Origin: Anthoceros angustus
Taxonomy: Eukaryota; Plantae; Anthocerotophyta
Length of the DNA: 49,312 nt
Direction: 5' to 3'
Assembly: GCA_010909165.1 (NCBI GenBank)
Contig: VJWM01000345.1
Location: 1-49,312 of the forward strand
In this document: piece by piece, positions 1-13,634 of the stretch
Layout: the number at the start of each line of letters is the position of its first letter
Position numbering within the stretch: the first letter of the stretch is position 1
The notes under the pieces: generated by a model
Told to the model about the DNA's origin: nothing
Seen by the model: the letters and a program-made list of their open reading frames with translations, nothing else
Databases searched by the model: none
Translations under genes and position numbers: made by a program

Positions 1-402
1 ACACTAAATACATGACAGATGGAACTGCGCCGTTAGAACTACCTACCAACTAAGCTACATCATCAATAAAATACCTTGCATGCTTAACTTAAATATTCAG
101 TAATTCTAGGGTGGTCAAACAAGCAAGAGATTTACTTAATAAAAGTAAGCCTTACTCCATTAGGCAGGATCTTTTAATACCTATGGCAACCGGAGTTAAG
201 TTGAGTTATTATAACGGTTTGTTATTCCCTAAGCTCATCTACATGTTAGGTCATGCTCTCGCCACTAAGTGCACATTGTGATGGGGATGGGATTAGACCC
301 ACGCCTGCTAGGTCACGTTGATTATCCTAAGTGGTGATTATCTCAAAATGATAATTAATCATATTATTATTTGGAAAATTGAGTGAAATTTTAATTAATC
401 TA

Positions 403-404
<2 letters not shown>

Positions 405-460
<56 letters not shown>
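405..460. repeat. (TAT)n microsatellite
   Basis: Uninterrupted TAT run; it produces the spurious poly-Tyr ORF 379..561. Confidence 0.97.
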
Positions 461-514
461 TATCCCTATTAAATTATTTATCAATTTTCATATTCCTAAT
501 TTCCATTGCATCAA

Positions 515-1200
515 CTATCCTCGGAGGAAGAACTTTGTCCCAAAGTTCAATGAGCCCATAAATAAGAGCAAAGGATGTTGGGGTAGATTGAGAGGTGATG
601 GGTAAGCTCTCATGTCGCATCCGAGTGCGGGTACCCTTTCCACATAACTAATTAAACATTGAAGCTGGATTTGGCGATGTCTATGTGCAAGGAGAGATTC
701 AACCTCAATTTTGCATCCACGAGGTGCGGCGGGGGGGCAAGGTGGGAGGAGGAGGAGGAGGAGGAGGAGGAGGAAGGGAGGAGGGGAGGAAGGGAGGAGG
801 GAGGAAGGGAGGAGGGAGGAAGGAGGAGGAGGAAGGAGGAGGAGGAAGGAGGAGGGAGGAAGGGAGGAGGGAGGAAGGGAGGAGGGAGGAAGGGAGGAGG
901 GGAGGAAGGGAGGAGGAAGGAGGAGGAAGGAGGAGGGGAGGAAGGGAGGAGGGAGGAAGGGAGGAGGGGAGGAAGGGAGGAAGGGAGGAGGGGAGGAGGG
1001 AGGAAGGAGGAGGGAGGAGGGGAGGCGAGTGGAGAAGGGAGGAGGGGGAGGTAATTGGGTACCTCGATATTGCTTGAGCAATGTGGTGTGTGAATCGCCA
1101 CGCAGGGATAATTGGTGTCTGAAGCATCAAGATCAATGGCCGTGGTGACGATGAACGTAACACCTTTATAAGCGGAAGCAAAAGTAGATTTACAAGCCAA
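515..1200 (-). mobile_element. Chromovirus (Ty3/Gypsy) integrase C-terminus with chromodomain, degraded; probable LTR remnant to the left (1-513)
   Basis: Minus strand reads LLKQYRGTQLPPPPP, then a low-complexity tract, then KIEVESLLAHRHRQIQLQCLI and, after a frameshift, WKGYPHSDAT*E. This matches the group-I chromodomain consensus EVE.IL..R....QYLVKWKGYP..DATWEP. Confidence 0.75.
730..1050. repeat. Polypurine low-complexity tract of GGA/GGGA/GGAA units
   Basis: About 320 bp of almost only G and A on the + strand; it generates several spurious overlapping ORFs. Confidence 0.95.
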
Positions 1201-2229
1201 AAGTAATTTATTAAAAAGTTATAAATTATCTTAAATATGTATGTGGGGGGTTGTGGTGTGTATTCACTAACTAACCTAATTATTAAGTAAATAATAACTG
1301 ATAGGTTAAACTAACCCCATAACTCTAACACTACCACTCAACCTAGGCAGGTTATTATACTTTACCAAAATTACTCGAAATAGATACCAGTAGACAGCGG
1401 TAGGTGGGTAGAAAAAACAGTTATGTACCCATGGGCATACGAAATGGCATGCCCATGTGTGTTTGAAGGCGGGCTTGATGGCCATTACCGCCACATAACC
1501 CCCGTGCCCAGCCTCTCTTAAAAATAACGAAAGCCCGCGAACAGGAAAAACGATAATGCATCACGAGCGCCAACAGCTGAAACTAGCTGCGGCGTGCGGG
1601 AGGAAGAGCTTGACGATGGACGGGAGGAGGAGAGAACGACAGCCGATAGCGTCGTGGGCGGCTCACCCGGCGAACATGTGATCAACCTAGATTCGGGAGA
1701 GCATCCACGGGGCTAGGACCTCCCAAAGAATGCAAATTCTTCAGGCGGCATTTACAAAATTCCCAATCTTGACTGCCGCATCCATCAACAATCCCCTGCA
1801 GCATACCCAAGAGGGCCCCAAGGAGGGCACCACAGACAAAGATGCTGGTATGCTGACATTGCTAGTAAAAGCTGACATTGGGGCCAATCTCGCACTATCG
1901 TATCTCTGCCAAACAGTATGAACTTGAGGCTCTGTTGAACACGCGCCTGAGAAGTTGAAATACACTCATACTGGCATTTTGCAGAGTTCCGTATGGTCCA
2001 GTCTTTAAGCCGTGTAGTTGTTTTCCTTTATATTGAATGGCTGAAGGGTTGAATTGCTGACATTGGCATAACATGTGGAAATATTGTAACTGAGGAAGTA
2101 ATTCAAAGGAGGGCGAAACACAAGCTCCTTCAGCCTTTGCTGCTCGGCCAGTGCCAACTATGAGTATGTTGCCTCCCATCCCAATTTATCCTCCTAGATC
2201 GCCACCTGATAATTGGTCGATGGAAACAC

Positions 2230-3400
2230 TTCGTAAGGCATTATGACCTTAAACATAATCCAGATGTGTGGTATGGACAAAAACACTTTGAGGAGGATAG
2301 AGAGGAGATCCACGGTGTGATAAGAAGGCAGTTGCGGCTTAGGCGGGACATTCAAGACCTTCATAGTGGGAAAGTGGTCCTAGCATGGAGCAGGGTTGGC
2401 ATCTACAGCTATAGCACCCATATTGTCACAAAATGAATTAGTGGGATCTGGTTGTGACTGATTCACAGAGTCTAAGAATGAACGCTCCCACTGTGCCTCC
2501 TTACATGCATCTATCAGTGCTTTGTACTCAGCTTCTGTAGAAGACAAGGCAAGAGAAGCTTAGTTTTGCTCAACAAAGCGGACCTAGAGGCCAGAATGAA
2601 ATAATAAGCTGAAAGGATCTTCCTAGTGTCGGCATTAGAAGCCAATCGACATCAACTAAGAGGTAAGCAACAAAGACTTGCTCCCACTTACTAAACACTG
2701 TAGCCCATAGCTAATGGTACTCTTAAGATAGCAGTATATGCGCTTAACAGGTGTCCAATGTGTGCGACTCGGCTGCTTGAGGAATTAGGACACAATGCTA
2801 ATGCTGCAGCTAAAATCTAGACATGTCCAATTGGCAGAAAATCAAACATAGGTGACAAGGTAAGGTATAGATGTAACATAGTTTGCCCTTTCTAGTCGGG
2901 ATTTTCTTTGCGGCTTGAATGTACAAGCGTAAAAGTAGAGGGCTCAAGGGCATCCTAGCAACCCCACTGTCAGAATTTCTTGAGTGCTTTTGTCCCCACT
3001 TTGATTGCCAATTTGTTATATTGATATGCAATTAGCTTAACCCTAATGATGCCCGAATGCCTCTCTTCTTGCAAGATTGACCAGAGCTTGTTCTAGGGAT
3101 GGTGTCAAGGCCTTTTGAAGTCAACGAAGCGAATGAAGAACCCTCTTCATTGTCACCATTGTATGATAGCCGTGGTGAGTACTTGGTCCATGCACCGGTT
3201 CACTCTAAAGCCGCTTTGACCGAGGAACCTTCATTGGGTTATATCACATTTGCGAAAGAGTGTGAGAGAAAAGTACATGGACAATGTCTTCTGGACATGT
3301 CTTCACTGGTTTTCTAGAGGAAATCTATTTTGTTGCTTTGAGGGGTTATTTTGGGCCTTGGCTTGCCTAGTCCCTTTTAGTGGAGAATAACCCCTATGCT
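2230..3400 (-). mobile_element. Ty1/Copia RT-RNase H remnant
   Basis: Minus-strand translation gives ISIVS*FLKQPSRTHWTPVKRIYCYLKST (RT C-terminus, ~2720-2805) and ASLALSSTEAEYKALIDACKEAQW...FCDNMGAI (Copia RNase H SSTEAEY motif, ~2410-2560). Stops and frameshifts are present. Confidence 0.85.
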
Positions 3401-4566
3401 AAGAGACGCTGTTCTGTCCCATTACGGAGGCCAAACAATGGTACGATTACGGGAAGCTCCTGTTTGAGAGCATGGAGGAGCAACACTTGCAACCAACAAC
3501 ACTAGAAGGTGCATCTCAACATATAAAATTCACAATCGCAGAAGTCAAATATTTGATATCCTCACTCAAACAAGGGAAGGCTGCTGAGCAGATCTTGGGC
3601 TGTTTGCCAACAACCTAGAGCAAATCAAACGTGTTACCCATACACAAATTTGGCGTACATGATGTAGTGAACAATTATAGAATGATTGTGATAAACATAG
3701 CCTCAATCGGAAGGGATTTCAGGAATTTTGGACAGGTACCAAGACATCTAAACACCTATTTCGCAAGTCAAGTACTTACGAGCATGGTGGAAACAAGGCA
3801 AGCCAAACCCTTTGGAGCCCAGCCAAACTCAGGAGGCGTCTTTAGCAACCGAGAATGCAAAAGAAGCGAGTCATCAGAAACGAACCAATTGCGCCGGACG
3901 TGCGGCGCAATTGTGAATGGTTGTCATAAAATTGCCCGGAGGGCACACATTTGATTTGCACCCACTGCTCACCTGCTCGAGAATTGTATGGGACGATGCA
4001 CGAGGACTTTGATAAATTCAGCAACTTATTTCAAAGCTTATCATGCTTGCAAACAATGTGCAGGGCTGTCCCTCTCTTATTCCACAAATTCTTCCGATAT
4101 CGTGTATCCATTTCCCTCATCATATTCCCTAAGCTTGAGAGCCGCTACAATTGCTACCGTCCAACGTGGACAAATAGTGATAATCTATTCAGAGCTAATG
4201 TGACATGCAGGGTCACTGACCACCACATCCACCATTGACACTTGGTCACCTCGTACGAGATACAAATCCGCCATGGAGTGTCTGACTTGTAATAAGAATG
4301 TAACGGGTGACTCATGCTACTAAGCAACGGGTGCTATGATCCGGTGCAGCTCCCTTGACCATGTATACCTATTAAAAAGTTATGGAGCAGACGGCCAGCG
4401 GCCGACCTATCACAAAATTAAAACCCACATACCGGAAGTGCTCGCGTCACCACCAAATAAGTGCTCGGTTCATAGGACTACTTATCACAAATAGTTAGGA
4501 ACCGATAGCTAGATCGCTTCTCACCAAGCGCGCCCGTAAGTGCTGGCTCCACCATGACTGGTCTAC

Positions 4567-5579
4567 CTATGACAGATAGCCAGGAACCCACTTCCAGAAG
4601 TGTTTCCGGACACCAGATGCAGCTTGCTGCGCACTACCAGGTGAGCTGGGACTTTGTTCCTCCTCCAGAGTGCAGAAATCGTGGGATGGTAAATCATGCA
4701 CGAAGGCAACCACGCTATGAATAACGTATCGCGTTATGAGACCAGGGTATGACAACGATTCCCTCTCCTCTTCCTGCCTCGTATATGTGTCCCAACTGAT
4801 GACAACCTTGTCGGCTGCGCCCATTAGACAGCCCAGCTCCTCATAGATGCCTCGGAAGCAAGCCTTTTCGACTGTCTCCCCCGGTTTCATTTTCTCAGAG
4901 AGCGGCCTATTCCTGTCACGGACCCGGCCATCAGCCATCTCTTGGCCGGATTCGACAAGGCACTGGCCTGCTCCATTCCGTATGTGAACGCTGGCAACAT
5001 GTACCGTGCGCCTGGGCGGAGCGGCATCTTCCAAATAGGTCTCTCCCGCTACAAGCTCGTCCCAAAGATTGGCCATGCTCTTCGTACCAGGAGCTGTTCC
5101 CCATGACTCCAGTTGTGCCCCCTTGGAAGCAAGACGTTCGTGCAGCCAAGTGGACAAAGCCCCCACAGACCCGATCTCAGTTGCTGTGACACAGCGAGCA
5201 TTGTTTGGCCCGAGCGCTGACCTTGGATCTCCACCAATCGGTATCTCCCACAACCGAGCTCCCGGAGTAGACAGAGCGCCACATCCCATGCCAGCGCTGT
5301 CTGAGTTCTCTGAGCTTTTCATCTTCGAAGATGGAAGTCCGGTGGTTGGATGAGCGTCGCAACTATGACCTGGCCTTCCGCGTCCTGCGTGAGTGTGACG
5401 ATGAGCGGGTGTCTGCTTAGGTGGAAAAGGAATTTGCCTTTCTCCGAGCAGGTAGTCGACTGTGGAAGGACCTTGAACGAGCCTCTAGACACCCTAGGGC
5501 CAAAGGAGTTCTGTAACCCTGGCAGAGTGTTAACCGCTGCCGTCTGCAGGAGGAAGCAGAATCGGAAACAGAATGCCAT
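4567..5579 (-). CDS. Conserved plant Nudix-fold-like protein of unknown function (At5g24460-like). Core ORF 4567..5322; probable N-terminal extension to ATG 5579 through a frameshift near 5320.
   Basis: Motifs WGTAPGTKSMANLWDELVAGETYLEDAAPPRRTVHV, RPLSEKMKPGETVEKACFRGIYEELG (Nudix-box-like), SLSYPGLITRY and KHFWKWV, recognised from memory of the plant family. ORF 5319..5579 abuts it in another frame. Confidence 0.8.
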
Positions 5580-5711
5580 GAATCAGACTGGTTACATGCC
5601 GGGATTGAATGCAGACTTGAAAAGCTGGGATTGCCGGTGCACGTTTTCTTCTTTGTTAGACGCGGCCCAGTTGTGGCCGCTCGCAGAATTCACACATCCA
5701 GCCTGGGCAGC

Positions 5712-7090
<1,379 letters not shown>

Positions 7091-7458
7091 AATAGTTATA
7101 CTGTGGGTGATGCCAGCATGTCTTTTCTGCAAGCTTGAAACCGATGATTGTTGTTAGGCAATGGCGATTGCGTGTTGTTGCAGTTTGCGGGCACACACCA
7201 TGACCATGATGTGCCCGACAGCGTCATGTGGACCTAACTGTGCATGGCTTAGGGTAGAGATATATACAGTGAAGTATCTTTTCCAAGACGAACCGTTTTA
7301 GAAGTTGGAGTTTTGCTGATACCAAGAGATTTTGAGCCATGCAAAGTGTGATCAGCCAGAGAGTGCGTCCATGTATGCAGTGTGCAGCGTATATAGATTA
7401 AACTTCGCTTCGCCTCGGTTGACAGGCTCCGCCGGCACACTGCTCGCTTGCTTGCTCC

Positions 7459-8254
7459 ATGGGGCTCGTAAAGCTGGCGCTGGCAGATGCCGGTCTGACG
7501 TTTCTGTGGGTGCTCTTGACGGCCCGCTGGGCGCCGTGGTGGACTGGCTGGCCAGGCCTCTGGGCTTGTCTGCTAACCTCCATCTTTCTCGTCGCCATCA
7601 TCATATTTGTGCTCATCACCATCTTCTCGGCCGTGGGGCGGCAATTGGGAGGGCCAGCTGGAATCCGACGTCCCTGCTGGCCTTCTGGGCCGTAGGACTG
7701 AGCAACCTCACCTTACTGGATTTCGCAGTCCGGTTCCCGGCTCAGGTAGGAGAACATGGTACCCGCTCTGGCTCTCACTTCATGAACGCTATGGCATGGC
7801 CAATGGCTGAGCATGTGGTTGTGGTTGACAGGCTGTGGGAGCAGCAGGCGGGGCTTTGGCAGCAAGAGAATTCACGCCGCACTACTACCAGCACTACCTG
7901 GGGGCCTGAGCTGAAAGTGGACTTGCACACGGGGCCGCCATCGAAGCCGGGCTCACCTTCCTCATGACGCTGGCGGTGCTGGCCGCTGTCCTCAAGGGCC
8001 CCAAGAGTGACCACGGCAAGACCGCCCTCATTGTCGTCGCCACCATCGTGCTCGTGGGATTAGGGCAGGCCTACACCGGCCCTGCTATGAACCCTGCCAA
8101 CGCCTTCGCCTGGGCCTTCTTGAGGAGCGGCCATTTGGACTGGGAGCACTACTACGTGTACTGGCTCACGCCACTGCTCGCAACGTGGCTCGCCTCCTCC
8201 TTCTTCGCCTTGCTGAACAAGCCTGCCGCCGGGCTCAAAGAGAAGGCTGCTTGA
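7459..8254 (+). CDS. SIP1: Aquaporin, SIP subfamily, copy 1 (one intron ~7746-7829; frameshifts present)
   Basis: MGLVKLALADAGLTFLWV N-terminus; first loop ASWNPT (SIP-type NPT); YTGPAMNPANAFAWAF...HYYVYW; C-terminal KEKAA (KxKxx ER-retrieval-like). Confidence 0.9.
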
Positions 8255-9275
8255 TAACTCGCCCCGGCATTGGCAGTTGCTTGTTCCTTTGTCTCGCTTC
8301 CTGAAACTGCTTCTTGGTGCGAGCAAGGTCTCGGCCTGGGGCTCGCTTGCTTCCTTGGCACACTGGCGAGAGCCCGGAACAGGAGGCGAGCCAATGGCAT
8401 AGCAGGTCCTGCCGCTCATCGGAGGAGGCCTTTTTATCCTCAACCCTCCCATCCTACATATGTCCGTACATATTTATGTACCTAGCAACGTTTCTCCCTT
8501 CCTATTAGAATCATCGCTGGCCGATTTAACTATTTTTGCAACAAAGGGCGTACCGTATTCGGAACTCTTCAAAACAAGTGAGACCACGAATTTCCATAGT
8601 TCCGCGTTACGTTAAATCCGTAGAACGTGCAGAGAATTTAAATGTTGTGTCGTTTTACTTGTTACCTTATCTGTATTGTATATATCTACCTATGTTTATA
8701 GGTCTGTGAAATCCTGAAAAATATTTTATATGCATGAAATAAAAAATTATTTAGGGGAGAAAAATCTAATTTTTTATGCTTATATGGCAATAGGTATGGC
8801 GTACAAAAGAGAGAGCTAATATGGACCTGTATTTATTTTCTTCCATATGTTTTTTTTCCGGACAACTAGGATTTGTCCTTTGGGTAAATCCGCCTGGCTT
8901 GTGGACCAAAAGTGACCTTAACACAAACTTTTATTTTCAATTCGGGTTTGCCTCAAGTTCTCTTCGCTTCTTTCCTCCACCGCCACTTCTTCCTCTCTCA
9001 ACTCCGCTTCTCTCTCCGCCTGCTGGTACTTCCTTCCTTCCACCTTAGCTTGTTTCGCTCATGGCTTAGGGTAGAGATATATACAGTGAAGTATCTTTTC
9101 CAAGACGAACCGTTTTAGAAGTTGGAGTTTTGCTGATACCAAGAGATTTTGAGCCATGCAAAGTGTGATCAGCCAGAGAGTGCGTCCATGTATGCAGTGT
9201 GCAGCGTATATAGATTAAACTTCGCTTCGCCTCGGTTGACAGGCTCCGCCGGCACACTGCTCGCTTGCTTGCTCC

Positions 9276-10071
9276 ATGGGGCTCGTAAAGCTGGCGCTGG
9301 CAGATGCCGGTCTGACGTTTCTGTGGGTGCTCTTGACGGCCCGCTGGGCGCCGTGGTGGACTGGCTGGCCAGGCCTCTGGGCTTGTCTGCTAACCTCCAT
9401 CTTTCTCGTCGCCATCATCATATTTGTGCTCATCACCATCTTCTCGGCCGTGGGGCGGCAATTGGGAGGGCCAGCTGGAATCCGACGTCCCTGCTGGCCT
9501 TCTGGGCCGTAGGACTGAGCAACCTCACCTTACTGGATTTCGCAGTCCGGTTCCCGGCTCAGGTAGGAGAACATGGTACCCGCTCTGGCTCTCACTTCAT
9601 GAACGCTATGGCATGGCCAATGGCTGAGCATGTGGTTGTGGTTGACAGGCTGTGGGAGCAGCAGGCGGGGCTTTGGCAGCAAGAGAATTCACGCCGCACT
9701 ACTACCAGCACTACCTGGGGGCCTGAGCTGAAAGTGGACTTGCACACGGGGCCGCCATCGAAGCCGGGCTCACCTTCCTCATGACGCTGGCGGTGCTGGC
9801 CGCTGTCCTCAAGGGCCCCAAGAGTGACCACGGCAAGACCGCCCTCATTGTCGTCGCCACCATCGTGCTCGTGGGATTAGGGCAGGCCTACACCGGCCCT
9901 GCTATGAACCCTGCCAACGCCTTCGCCTGGGCCTTCTTGAGGAGCGGCCATTTGGACTGGGAGCACTACTACGTGTACTGGCTCACGCCACTGCTCGCAA
10001 CGTGGCTCGCCTCCTCCTTCTTCGCCTTGCTGAACAAGCCTGCCGCCGGGCTCAAAGAGAAGGCTGCTTGA
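9276..10071 (+). CDS. SIP1: Aquaporin, SIP subfamily, copy 2
   Basis: ORF translations identical to copy 1, offset by exactly 1817 bp. Confidence 0.85.
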
Positions 10072-10924
10072 TAACTCGCCCCGGCATTGGCAGTTGCTTG
10101 TTCCTTTGTCTCGCTTCCTGAAACTGCTTCTTGGTGCGAGCAAGGTCTCGGCCTGGGGCTCGCTTGCTTCCTTGGCACACTGGCGAGAGCCCGGAACAGG
10201 AGGCGAGCCAATGGCATAGCAGGTCCTGCCGCTCATCGGAGGAGGCCTTTTTATCCTCAACCCTCCCATCCTACATATGTCCGTACATATTTATGTACCT
10301 AGCAACGTTTCTCCCTTCCTATTAGAATCATCGCTGGCCGATTTAACTATTTTTGCAACAAAGGGCGTACCGTATTCGGAACTCTTCAAAACAAGTGAGA
10401 CCACGAATTTCCATAGTTCCGCGTTACGTTAAATCCGTAGAACGTGCAGAGAATTTAAATGTTGTGTCGTTTTACTTGTTACCTTATCTGTATTGTATAT
10501 ATCTACCTATGTTTATAGGTCTGTGAAATCCTGAAAAATATTTTATATGCATGAAATAAAAAATTATTTAGGGGAGAAAAATCTAATTTTTTATGCTTAT
10601 ATGGCAATAGGTATGGCGTACAAAAAGAGAGAGCTAATATGGACCTGTATTTATTTTCTTCCATATGTTTTTTCTGGACAACTAGGATTTGTCCTTTGGG
10701 TAAATCCCTGCCCTGGGCTTGTGGACCAAAAGTGACCTTAACACAAACTTTTATTTTCAATTCGGGTTTGCCCTGAAGTTCTCTTCGCTTCTTTCCTCCA
10801 CTGCCACTTCTTCCTCTCTCAACTCCGCTTCTCTCTCCCCGCCCCTGTTGGTACTTCCTTCCTTCCCACCTTAGCTTGTTTCTGCTCAGGAATTTGAGGC
10901 AATCCAAGGTATTCCGTATATTGT

Positions 10925-12450
10925 AGGTATGTGCAATGGATGGATCTCATATTCCTATATTAGTCCAACCCATGCCAAGAGGCAATTATTACAAACGGAA
11001 GGGTTTTAATCTCAAGTCTTGCAACTAACTATCACTGCAAAGTATTGAGTATGGAACTAAAACTTTGGATGAGCAGGTAGTCTAAATGATTGGAACCTTT
11101 TCAAAAGGACACGACTTGATCGGAAATGTGAAGTAGGAATGTTGGGCCATTATAGCCTTGTTGGTGATGCTAGGTATTGGCCATGTCTCTACATGCTTCC
11201 CCCTTCTGAGGATCACGAGAAGGTTTATCTCCTTTGCAATCAAATTAGAATGATGTTCATAGTAGTTATTGTCACCACTTCTGTTAGGACGCAAAGCATA
11301 TGCTTGGTCCTGTTGACATGGCTTGCTGCTGAGTAGACTTGTAAGTGGCAACTTGTCCTACTCGTTGTGAAAGAAAATAATTTTGAAACTAGGATGTTCG
11401 GGTCCTCCATAGTGCTCTATAATGGCCTTAGCATATATCAATACCCATCTGACATAGTTCTTGTCCCAACCCAAGACGTGCATTTTAAAGAATGAGGGCC
11501 TTTTTGCATTGATCGTCGGTGATAGAGCCATGGTGGCACTATCAACCAACCTAATAGTTCCACCATGGCAGGCAATTCTCGATGTTCAGGTCGAGAAGTT
11601 ACATATCGTTCATGTTGAGCGTCGGTGAGCACATGGTGTAAACCCTAGAAATTAGAATTTTAAATCGTCACATCACCCCTCTCCCCATCAACTCTTGTAG
11701 CTAACTATCACCGCAAAGTGTTTGGCGTTGGACTATGATTTTGGATGATTATCATACCCCGAGGGGTGGTTCAACAGGGTGATACCGAAATAATTATTTT
11801 TTGAAAAAATAAGGTCCAACATAGATATTGATATTTTTTAAAAAATTTTAAAATATATGAAAAATAATTTTATCAAATTTCAAATTTTATTAGAATACAT
11901 AGGTATCTATATAGAATTAACCGATATATAGAGAGCTCCCCTAAATAGGCCTAATTTTTCACACAAACTCTATTTTTCTTATTTTTGGCATATTAAATTT
12001 GTAAAATTTTACATATTGGGTGTTTTTAATATAATAATTTCAAAATTTTCAACTTTTACTAATTTTAATTACTTAAAGCCGAATCACCCTTTAGGGTACG
12101 GTATGCAGTCTAAACGATTGAAACCTTTTCAAAAGGATAGGACTTGGACGGAAATGTGAGGCAGGAATATCAGGCCATTATAACCTTGTCGGTGATGTTA
12201 GGTATAGGCAATGTCTCTACATGCTTACTTCTTCTCAAGGATCACGAGAAGGTTTGTCTCCTTTATAGTCATTTTGGAATTTTGTTCACAATAGCACTCG
12301 CATGGCAGTTGAACGCGCTTTTAGGATATTGAAGGAGCGTTAGAGTTGTTTATTGAGGAGGTTGGACATCCACATCCCTAACATACCAAGGGTTGTCCAG
12401 GCATGTCTTTTGTTGCATAACATATGTATCATTCACAAGGACAATTTGAT
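10925..12450 (+). mobile_element. PIF/Harbinger transposase (DDE_Tnp_4 family) remnant, interrupted
   Basis: CAMDGSHIPILV...NYYKRKGF (10930-11010), YSLVGDARY (~11150) and VERAFRILKER...RRLDIHIPNIPRVVQACLLLHNICI (12308-12430). Confidence 0.85.
11752..12101. mobile_element. AT-rich MITE with ~21-bp imperfect TIRs and flanking TA (Tc1/mariner superfamily, CCGTA-type end)
   Basis: Left TA|TCATACCCCGAGGGGTGGTTC; right GAATCACCCTTTAGGGTACGG|TA (reverse complement CCGTACCCTAAAGGGTGATTC). It is absent from the paralogous segment at ~11065-11085. Confidence 0.7.
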
Positions 12451-12949
12451 GAAGAATAGCCGATGGAGGCTACTAGACAATGTGAGATGGACATGGGGAA
12501 TCATGCATCACAACACGATAGTATGGCGAGGCAGCCATCTCTTGTTATTAGAGAAACCATGGCCTTAATTGCTACATAGGGTGCGCACAAATCACCTATT
12601 TGAGGATAACAACATGCATGAACAACCATAAGAATTGATGGGGCAGGTTTTGTAAAGGCATGAAGCGTCCACTCCGTATCCAATGCCATGTATCGCTCAA
12701 AATCAACTCCTTGTGAGCTCAATGTATGTTTGGTGAAGTTGATACAACTTGAGGTTTGAGTAGAATTAGAGGAGTGTTGAGTGGTGTATTGTAGAGTGGA
12801 GTGGAGTATTGTCACTTTTGTTTCAAAACATGATTTAAATAATGGATTTCAAGATCCTAGTCCCCTATCAGCAACCGCAGCTGCATTGATAGCAACTAGA
12901 TTTTTATTGAAAGACTTGTCTTCTTCTTCTCCGTAGCCTTCATATGTTG

Positions 12950-13634
12950 AGACAGTTGTTGGATTTCATTAATGGCAAGAGTGATTTTTGAATCATCACC
13001 TAGGCCTACAACCTCTTCTTTTTCCTACCTTACTCTGAATGACTATCTTAAGACACCTTCTCCACTGTGTCAACATTGGAGTATGGAATCTTGTCCATTC
13101 ATTGTGTAGTGTGATGTGAGTCAGCATGAGCCTCACATACCACATGGGCTTGTGCTCCATGAATTGATCAACTAGGTCATACCATCCAGAATATTCAGAT
13201 CTAGTACTGCCTAAAACCGAAATTGCTTCCTTGTTTGTCTTATAGGCATTCAAAATTGATTTCCATTTCTTAATAAGCCTCGAAATTTGTAAAAGTCTAC
13301 CCAAACCATGGCCATCTTCGTGGCCACCTTATTCCAAATGTCCACACAGTGAGCACCCACTCAACATTACACATGGAATAGCAACGTTGAGACACGGATG
13401 TTATTGTTATGATCAAATCCACAACTAAGTACCTTGTTTTCGGTTCTTGTCAAATTTAGCATCTATTGACCCTCTAACCACAATCAGGTTTTGAATGCGG
13501 TGGTCCTCCCAACCTTTTGATTTCTTGGTTTCGGCATCTTTTGCTTGAGTGGAACTACCTGGGCCAACTTTAGACTTTTTGGCTTTCTTCTTAGGTCTAC
13601 TAAAAAGATTAACAGACAGAACAAAAAGGAGCAT
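12950..13634 (-). pseudogene. Myb/SANT-like (trihelix) DNA-binding gene of the first Harbinger element, fragmented
   Basis: GWEDHRIQNLIVVRGSIDAKFDKNRKQG...IWNKVA...KKWKSILNAYKTNKEAISVLG...GWYDLVDQFM. Convergent with the transposase remnant and similar to ORF 18627..19250. Confidence 0.8.

Larger units (their letters stand above)
7243..10888. repeat. Direct tandem duplication, unit ~1817 bp (7243-9059 and 9060-~10888)
   Basis: CATGGCTTAGGGTAGAGA starts both units; all ORFs recur at +1817; only the last ~250 bp differ, mostly by small indels. Confidence 0.95.

Noticed and set aside
379-1200. Poly-Tyr and Gly/Glu/Arg- or Pro/Ser/Leu-rich ORFs as genes
   Set aside because: They are translations of simple repeats; only the flanking integrase/chromodomain residues are meaningful.
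1730-2179. Short ORFs beside the Copia remnant as a host gene fragment
   Set aside because: No recognisable motif or splice structure.
3500-4300. Possible exon fragments of an additional gene
   Set aside because: No family motif could be recognised in any frame.
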